NCBI GenBank assembly: GCA_041660565.1
Contig: JBAZWC010000002.1
Coordinates: 85,520 to 149,519, forward strand
Source: Patescibacteria group bacterium
Lineage (GTDB): Bacteria > Patescibacteriota > UBA1384 > CAJBMM01
Direction of reading: 5' to 3'
DNA: 64,000 bases
The notes under the pieces were generated by a model. The model had not been told where the DNA came from and ran no database searches. It was given only the letters and a program-made list of their open reading frames with translations. Every line of letters starts with the position of its first letter. Positions within the stretch are counted from its first letter, which is position 1. Of this stretch, positions 58,143-64,000 are shown one piece after another. The position numbers and the translations under genes are program-made.

Positions 58143-59553
58143 AGTATTGTGGATTCTAAATAAATACGTTGACGGGCAAAACCACAGCCAGTTTTATCCG
58201 TATTTTTTGGCGGATTTGGAAAAAGAGTGCTTATCAAAAGAAATTCAACTTGAGTTTACCTATTTTAGCGATGCGCAAAAAAAGTGCGATCGGACGCAAC
58301 ATCATCATTTTTTCTTTGAACATCATCGCAAAATAACTGATTTCCACCGAGAAGCGGCTCGCATTGAAAACGAATATAATTTTACCCTAAATCACGCCTA
58401 TTATTCGGACATTATTCAGGTCACCAAAACTCAAGATACTCGTCGCATAACCGTACCGGAAAAAGAGCTTAATAATCATCAATTATTAGTAGAGAAATTT
58501 GTCTACCTAGAGAACTTAGTCAAAAAGAACGGGTATGACGTTATTTTTTGCGATCAATCTCCTGAGGCCGAAGCGGAATTTGGACGGGTGATAGCGCTGA
58601 AAAATAATTTGGTTTTCATTCGTCATGGCGAAGGTTTTTTGGCCAACAGCTTATTCAGCCAACAATTCGAGTTCGGCAAAGAGCGATTGTCAGAAGCGGT
58701 TTTGAATACAGACGTTACACTAGAACAAGCCAAAGAGTTTGTGCGAGATTTTATTAAAAACAAAAGGCCGCCGTATCAATATCCGGAAACCCACAAAGCC
58801 AGCGCCTTAAAGTTTTATTCCGCTCGCATCGCTCATTTTTACCGCTACCCCAATTTTATTAAAATGGCTTTGTCTCAGCCGTGGCTGTGGTTTGAGGAAA
58901 AATGGCTAAAAAGACGACTGGAAAAGCAGTTTGACCCCACCGCATCGTATCTGTTTTTAGGATTGCAGCTGCCAACCGAATCTACCATAGTGCTGCGTTC
59001 GCAACCATACGCCAATCAATCACTAATTATTGAGGCCATCAGCCGAGTCTTACCCGATAACACCCTGTTATATGTGCGTGAACATCCAAAATGGCGTAAA
59101 CATTTTCCGGCGCGATTCCTTGGTCAAATTGCCTCACTACCAAACGTGCGTTTAATTTCGCCACAAATCCCGGCATGGGAGGTTATTCATCATGCCAAAG
59201 CGGTTTTAACCTACAACTCTACCATCGGCATTGAAGCGCTAATGCACGGCAAGCCGGTGCTCTCTTTTGCGCCAAATGTCTACATCAACCAACACCCGGC
59301 CGTTACTTTGTGCACAAATTTATATGATTTGGACCATAGCTTGGCTAAGTTGGTTAATACTAAAGTTGAGATAGAGGACACTTACAAATACATCTACAAA
59401 ATGATGCGTATCAGCAGCTGGGTGCCATTGTGGGCCAGCGGATTTTTATCTGAAGATGATGCCCAAAAAAAGGCCGGCGTGTTTAGCCAGCATTTACTAT
59501 TAGCGATTAAAGATTGCCAAAATTGGCAAAAAAATAACGGGCACTTGCGCTAG
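58135..59553 (+). CDS. GT-B transferase paralog (KpsS/KpsC-like or TagB/F-like)
   Basis: 472 aa. …YLFLGLQLPTES…VREHPKW…LTYNSTIGIEALMHGKPVLSFAP. Same architecture as 55364..56815. Confidence 0.5.
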   Translation: MIKVLWILNKYVDGQNHSQFYPYFLADLEKECLSKEIQLEFTYFSDAQKKCDRTQHHHFFFEHHRKITDFHREAARIENEYNFTLNHAYYSDIIQVTKTQDTRRITVPEKELNNHQLLVEKFVYLENLVKKNGYDVIFCDQSPEAEAEFGRVIALKNNLVFIRHGEGFLANSLFSQQFEFGKERLSEAVLNTDVTLEQAKEFVRDFIKNKRPPYQYPETHKASALKFYSARIAHFYRYPNFIKMALSQPWLWFEEKWLKRRLEKQFDPTASYLFLGLQLPTESTIVLRSQPYANQSLIIEAISRVLPDNTLLYVREHPKWRKHFPARFLGQIASLPNVRLISPQIPAWEVIHHAKAVLTYNSTIGIEALMHGKPVLSFAPNVYINQHPAVTLCTNLYDLDHSLAKLVNTKVEIEDTYKYIYKMMRISSWVPLWASGFLSEDDAQKKAGVFSQHLLLAIKDCQNWQKNNGHLR

Positions 59554-59585
59554 CAAGCACCCGCTTTGGAGCAACCATCAGCTGG

Positions 59586-60188
59586 TCAGGAGAAGAGTGC
59601 CAGCACCACTCCAGAGACGAACAACCATTGTCCGAGCAACGCCTCCGGGGTCAGTCTGACGTAGTACTCTATCAGCCACTCGTCTACCGTCTTGGAGTAA
59701 TAGCCCAGCACCACGTCTCCAGGTATTGCCCGGACGAGATAACGCCGCCCGTTTGCGGTGCCGAACAGTCGGTAGAAAGTTGGCGAAAACGGCCCGAGCC
59801 AGGTTAGCCCGCAGCCATTCGCCTCGCCTGTGCTGTCGTGCACGAAGTGCATGATCAGGCAAGTGAATGCCAGCAACCCCCAGAACAACTGGTTTCCGTG
59901 CAGCCACTGAGCGATCAGCACCGTGACAGCCACCACCACAGGGACGAACAGGATGGGGAAGTGGAACAGATCGCGATGGTGTTTGATCTTCACTCCCATT
60001 CTCTTGAGCAAGGCGCCGACCACAATGTCGGCGTCTGGCAGCACCGAAAACGCCATGCCCGCCAGATAGCACCAGTAGCTAACGTGGACATCGAGTCCCT
60101 TTGCCAGCAGGTACGTCAGCCACAACCCTACACCAAAGTCATGCAAGGCGGCGTTGGTCAGCCCAAACAACCTCGTCGTGGGCGACAT
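59586..60188 (-). CDS. Membrane-bound metal-dependent hydrolase, YdjM/DUF457-like (GC-rich island H)
   Basis: 200 aa, 4-5 TM helices. HHRDLFHFP and HDSTG motifs. GC-rich codon usage. Confidence 0.6.
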   Translation of the reverse strand: MSPTTRLFGLTNAALHDFGVGLWLTYLLAKGLDVHVSYWCYLAGMAFSVLPDADIVVGALLKRMGVKIKHHRDLFHFPILFVPVVVAVTVLIAQWLHGNQLFWGLLAFTCLIMHFVHDSTGEANGCGLTWLGPFSPTFYRLFGTANGRRYLVRAIPGDVVLGYYSKTVDEWLIEYYVRLTPEALLGQWLFVSGVVLALFS

Positions 60189-60198
60189 TGTCCCCCTC

Positions 60199-60942
60199 CT
60201 AGGGTATGGGCGAGATGATTCCCGACGCGGAATAGCGTTTGACGCGCTCGATCTCGCCTTCGAGCACCTTGGACAGTCTGACGTTGTAGCCGTATCCCAT
60301 CAGAGACGGGATACCAACGACTTCACGTGTCACGCTGGTTAGACCACCAATCCAGTGTCGTGCGGTGCGGAATACCCGAGGAACATGGTAATCCGTCGTC
60401 ACCAGCACAACATGTCCGATAGTCTCGTATCGCAGGTAATCTGCCAGAACCTGAAGTTGAGTACCGGTGTTTGCCGACCCTGTTGGGCCGCAATCGAGGT
60501 AAGTGATCGCGTCGGCGGGCATACCAGCCGAGACAGCGATGCCGCGACTCTCGATCTCCTCTTCGGTCTCGCCATCGATCACGAGGGTGGGGAGACAGGA
60601 CGCAGCTTCGAGTACCATTCTGACAGCGGCACGAATTCGATCCGCGTTCTCTTCGGTGTCAGCGTGCTCACGCGGGCCGGTCTTTGGCCCACAGTAGGTG
60701 CCGGTCAACATCACCACGTGAGTGGTGTTGTCCGGGACAGTCAATGGTTGTCGCGCCGCATTGTAGCACGCGACGTACTCGTCAATCAGGCCGCCCCGGT
60801 CCGGGTATCGGCAGCGCAGAACATCCCATTCCCGATCAGTCACATGCATCACTCGGTTTTGATCCAATGACGTTTCCCCCTTTGGGATCGATTTGTTAAG
60901 GAAGCGTGTATTACAGATCGCACACCTGCGACGATAAACCAT
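60199..60942 (-). CDS. DUF218 (YdcF/ElyC/SanA-like) domain protein (GC-rich island H)
   Basis: 247 aa. HVVMLTGTYCG… and HVVLVTTDYHVPRVFRTARHWIGGL match the DUF218 pattern (xVTSxYHMxRA). Confidence 0.55.
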   Translation of the reverse strand: MVYRRRCAICNTRFLNKSIPKGETSLDQNRVMHVTDREWDVLRCRYPDRGGLIDEYVACYNAARQPLTVPDNTTHVVMLTGTYCGPKTGPREHADTEENADRIRAAVRMVLEAASCLPTLVIDGETEEEIESRGIAVSAGMPADAITYLDCGPTGSANTGTQLQVLADYLRYETIGHVVLVTTDYHVPRVFRTARHWIGGLTSVTREVVGIPSLMGYGYNVRLSKVLEGEIERVKRYSASGIISPIP

Positions 60943-61025
60943 ATCTTACTTTATTTTAGCCCCCTTGTCAACCAATTCGGAAGATTGGGGATGGAAAATA
61001 GATGATAGATTTTGGTAATTTTCCT

Positions 61026-61058
61026 TTGTCATTCCGGGCTTGACCCGGAATCTATATA
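61026..61058 (+). repeat. R1 hairpin repeat copy j (TGTCATTCCGGGCTTGACCCGGAATCTATATAA)
   Basis: Near-identical to copy b. Right edge of GC-rich island H. Confidence 0.8.
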
Positions 61059-61092
61059 ATCTAAAATTAAAACATACACCAAAAGAAATACT

Positions 61093-62718
61093 ATGCTCGC
61101 GACAATAATAATTTGGATTTATATCACCCTAATTTCGTTTGTAGTTGGGGTACGGTTTTGTAAACAACCGATTCCGCGGTTTGCCTCTACTACTATTGTC
61201 GGATTCATTATTTTAACCGCGTTAGCGACATTATTATCCCTTTTCATGCCGATTAGCGGATGGGCTTCTGCGGCCTCTCTGGCACTGGCAATTTTACTGA
61301 TAGCCATTTATCCGCAAAGATACCTAAAAATCGCCTCAGCGGGCTTTAGACGCCTGCTAGAGCGCGATATGATCTGGATTGCTCCCCTGTTTTTAATTTT
61401 TGCCGCATTTTTCATCACCCAAACAATTCAACCAATACAAAATTACGACACCGGCTTGTATCACGCCCAAGCGATTCGCTGGCTAGAGCAGTTTGGCACT
61501 GTGCCCGGTTTGGGTAATTTACACTTTCGATTGGCAATGAGTAGCGGGTGGTTTGTTTCCGGAGCGCTGTTTAGTTTCAGTTTTCTTAAAACGCAATCAT
61601 TCCACGTAATCAACGGCTGGCTTATTTTAATGTCAACGCTTTATTTGCTTACAAACTGGAATTTTAAGAAGCCGGATATCTCCACCATTGCCAAATTGTG
61701 CGCCCTACCCCTAATGTTTTTTCTATTTACCACCGATGTAGCCACGCCATCACCAGACGTCCCAGCCGCCATTTTTGTAGTCCTATCCATTCTTTTCGTG
61801 CTTGAGAAACTAGATGATAAAGTAATAATTTTGATGGCTTGTTTTACTCTTACACTAAAGCTATCTGTCATTACTGTTTTGCTTATTCCTCTTTACTTAC
61901 TGATCCGAGAGGTGGTTAAAAAACGATGGCGGGCGGTTTTGGTAATGGTTGCGATAATGTCGGCGGTGATTATTCCCGCATTGGTTCGTAATTATATTCA
62001 ATCAGGATACATCACCTACCCGGCAACCTATCTCAACTTCATGCACCCAGATTGGCAGCTAAACAAAACGGATGCGGTAGCGGTGCAACAATCGATCGAA
62101 CAGTGGGCCAAAGTTCCCCACGCCACTTCAAACGATTATTTTAACCAGGGCATCCGCGGCTGGTTTCCAACTTGGTATCAGAATCAACCGCAATATTTAA
62201 TAAATTATTTGTGGGCAATTGCGGCACTAAGCTTCATCAACCTAATTGGATTGTTGATAATGGCAAAAAAACGCCCCGGATTTATTCAGGAACACGCGCT
62301 TGTCATAATTTCCGGCATTAGTGTAATTGGCGGGGTGGTTTTTTGGCTGATTAGTGCCCCATCTTTTAGATTTGGGCAAGGATTTATTGCCGCTAGCAGT
62401 ATGATGCTAATTTCGTACCCGCTGTATTTAGTCTGTCGCCGAATTCCACGGGCGACGATTATTATTGGCATTGTTAGCATTGTATATTGTTTAATTTACA
62501 CTAACGATCATTTTACCTCATACTCCATCGTTAAACTCCACCTAAAATATCCCGCCGACTACCCCGTCACCGCGGTCGAAGATCGCTTGGGTACCGGAAC
62601 AGTTTGGTCCCCGGTTAATGGTGATCAATGTTGGTACGCCACGCTACCATGTACACCGTATCCGAATGGCACGATGACTTTACGAGGGGAGTCATTAAAA
62701 AATGGGTTTAGGCGATAG
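61093..62718 (+). CDS. Polytopic membrane protein (GT-C/PMT-like or O-antigen-polymerase-like)
   Basis: 541 aa, at least 12 TM helices. Confidence 0.45.
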   Translation: MLATIIIWIYITLISFVVGVRFCKQPIPRFASTTIVGFIILTALATLLSLFMPISGWASAASLALAILLIAIYPQRYLKIASAGFRRLLERDMIWIAPLFLIFAAFFITQTIQPIQNYDTGLYHAQAIRWLEQFGTVPGLGNLHFRLAMSSGWFVSGALFSFSFLKTQSFHVINGWLILMSTLYLLTNWNFKKPDISTIAKLCALPLMFFLFTTDVATPSPDVPAAIFVVLSILFVLEKLDDKVIILMACFTLTLKLSVITVLLIPLYLLIREVVKKRWRAVLVMVAIMSAVIIPALVRNYIQSGYITYPATYLNFMHPDWQLNKTDAVAVQQSIEQWAKVPHATSNDYFNQGIRGWFPTWYQNQPQYLINYLWAIAALSFINLIGLLIMAKKRPGFIQEHALVIISGISVIGGVVFWLISAPSFRFGQGFIAASSMMLISYPLYLVCRRIPRATIIIGIVSIVYCLIYTNDHFTSYSIVKLHLKYPADYPVTAVEDRLGTGTVWSPVNGDQCWYATLPCTPYPNGTMTLRGESLKNGFRR

Positions 62719-62721
62719 CAA

Positions 62722-64000
62722 TTATTTTCGGACACACAGTGTAAATTGCAAATAATTACCGGATATCTGACAGCTAAAATCTGACAAATTAAACCAACTT
62801 GGGGGATTGGCTTGAAAAAGCGTCAGCACATCCGAGAAAACCAGCACCGCGTCTATTTTTGAGGTGTCTGTGATATTTACGGAACATTTATTACCGCAAA
62901 AACTGCTTGGATTTTGTTGGAATGTACTCTGCTGTGCGGCGTTGTTTGATATCGGCAACGCGTAAAGATTGGCTCGGTCCGATTCGGTGGATATAAAAGT
63001 TTTGATTGACGAGCTCCACTCCGGTGTGACCGACGGATCAGAAACAATTACCACATTGCTTGATGCACCAGTGTTGAGTTTAATCGATTGCAACATCGCT
63101 CGGGTTTCTTGCCCTTCCGCAGAGTAACTTTTAGCTTTTAGCAAAGTGGTTTGAAGCGCCCCGAATAAAAAATACACGTTAATTATCACCAGCGCCAAAT
63201 AGAGCCAGTAGTTTTGCTTATCATCTCTCAGCTTTTGCATCAGCCACACCACCCCCAAGCCCAAAGCGAGCGTTGACGGCAAAATGTAGCGGTCGGCATT
63301 GATGCCAGATTTCGCGTATAACACCGATTGCGGCAGGATGATTAACAACACGATAAAAATTGGCCATCTTAATTCCACCACCAACCGCCGACATCGCGTC
63401 ATCAGCTCTTGACTGCTCGAAACTCCGACGATTAATATCGACAACACCGCCGCCAAAGCAACTAACGACCAGCCATTAAATCCTAAAATAGTGCGGAAAA
63501 TAAAGAAGTAGCGCAGCGGCATAAATCCTTCCACACCGGCGTAGCTTAACCCACCCATTTTCATCCCAAATTTTATAAACAATATCTCGGCCAGACCAAC
63601 CAGCAGCGGCACCACTAACCAGAGATAATCAACCGTATTTAATTTTCGCCCATCTTTTATCTGTAAAAAGTATTTTAATGCGATCATTCCCGGGATTACC
63701 ATCACGAAGCTCTCTTTGACCAGCGACATTAAGGTAATGGCGATGATGAATGATATCTCGTACCACAGGCGATATCGTCGGTGTTGTGCGGCTAAAATCA
63801 TCAACAACAGCGCAACCGATAACAACACCGTACCGATGGTTTCGGCCGGACCCAGCCGCCACCAAATCGCCATTTGCCGCCCCACTAACAACCAAGCCAC
63901 AAATAGCGCGGCAAGCACCGTGGATTTAGTCAGTTTTTTGGCAAAAACATAAAAGAAAAACGAAGTGATTACCGCCAGACCGGCCAAGCAAATTGACCAA
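62722..64000 (-). CDS. Polytopic membrane protein, paralogous in architecture to 61093..62718 (N-terminus beyond window end)
   Basis: Over 421 aa open to the window edge, many TM helices. C-terminal soluble domain. Confidence 0.45.
   Translation of the reverse strand, partial: WSICLAGLAVITSFFFYVFAKKLTKSTVLAALFVAWLLVGRQMAIWWRLGPAETIGTVLLSVALLLMILAAQHRRYRLWYEISFIIAITLMSLVKESFVMVIPGMIALKYFLQIKDGRKLNTVDYLWLVVPLLVGLAEILFIKFGMKMGGLSYAGVEGFMPLRYFFIFRTILGFNGWSLVALAAVLSILIVGVSSSQELMTRCRRLVVELRWPIFIVLLIILPQSVLYAKSGINADRYILPSTLALGLGVVWLMQKLRDDKQNYWLYLALVIINVYFLFGALQTTLLKAKSYSAEGQETRAMLQSIKLNTGASSNVVIVSDPSVTPEWSSSIKTFISTESDRANLYALPISNNAAQQSTFQQNPSSFCGNKCSVNITDTSKIDAVLVFSDVLTLFQANPPSWFNLSDFSCQISGNYLQFTLCVRK

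Noticed and set aside
59578-60072. 164-aa ORF overlapping the YdjM-like gene in another frame
   Set aside because: Arg/Gly-rich alternate frame of GC-rich DNA. The YdjM-like frame has TM helices and conserved HxxxH motifs.

Overview
This 64-kb window looks like a small-genome, AT-leaning bacterium (backbone about 40-45% GC, Saccharibacteria/CPR-like gene content; taxonomy is inferred, not verified). Backbone housekeeping genes: PEP synthase/PPDK (partial), recX-recA, rodZ-like, ftsK, RNase J, family-4 UDG, GT2, ychF, rpsF-ssb-rpsR-efp, groES-groEL, VanW-like, H+/Na+-pyrophosphatase hppA, enolase (split by an apparent frameshift). A polysaccharide locus runs from about 34.8 to 59.6 kb and carries a recognisable pseudaminic-acid (PseB/C/F/G/I) pathway plus methyltransferases, flippases and GT-B transferases. 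No rRNA, tRNA or CRISPR array was found.

The most unusual structure is compositional. At least eight GC-rich islands (about 55-62% GC, roughly 9.5 kb in total) sit at gene boundaries of the AT-rich backbone. Each carries its own Shine-Dalgarno sites, promoters and intrinsic terminators. They encode:
- small coiled-coil proteins and a Clp_N protein;
- a LuxR-solo next to a strongly promoted, terminated ~285-nt structured RNA candidate;
- a small-peptide/membrane-protein pair;
- a TagB/F-like transferase sitting beside an AT-rich tagD;
- a YdjM/DUF218 pair;
- two tandem pairs of paralogous 206-236-aa proteins (shared LARVWQY motif) whose 80-96-bp 5' leaders are exactly duplicated.

Intergenic DNA is dense with at least four interspersed repeat families:
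- R1, a strand-locked hairpin element TGTCATTCCGG-loop-CCGGAATCTATATAA, 10 copies, all on the + strand;
- R2, a 120-185-bp AT-rich composite element, 5 copies;
- R3, an AT-rich element with AAGCACTAAA/TTTAGTGCTT termini;
- a TTAGGG-like G-tract inverted repeat, 2 copies;
- plus a (GTTAATT)5 tandem upstream of recA and a CCGCCAGCTGGCGG palindrome in 2 copies.

Coordinates follow the supplied ORF track. Starts were revised only where an RBS or conserved N-terminus supports it.
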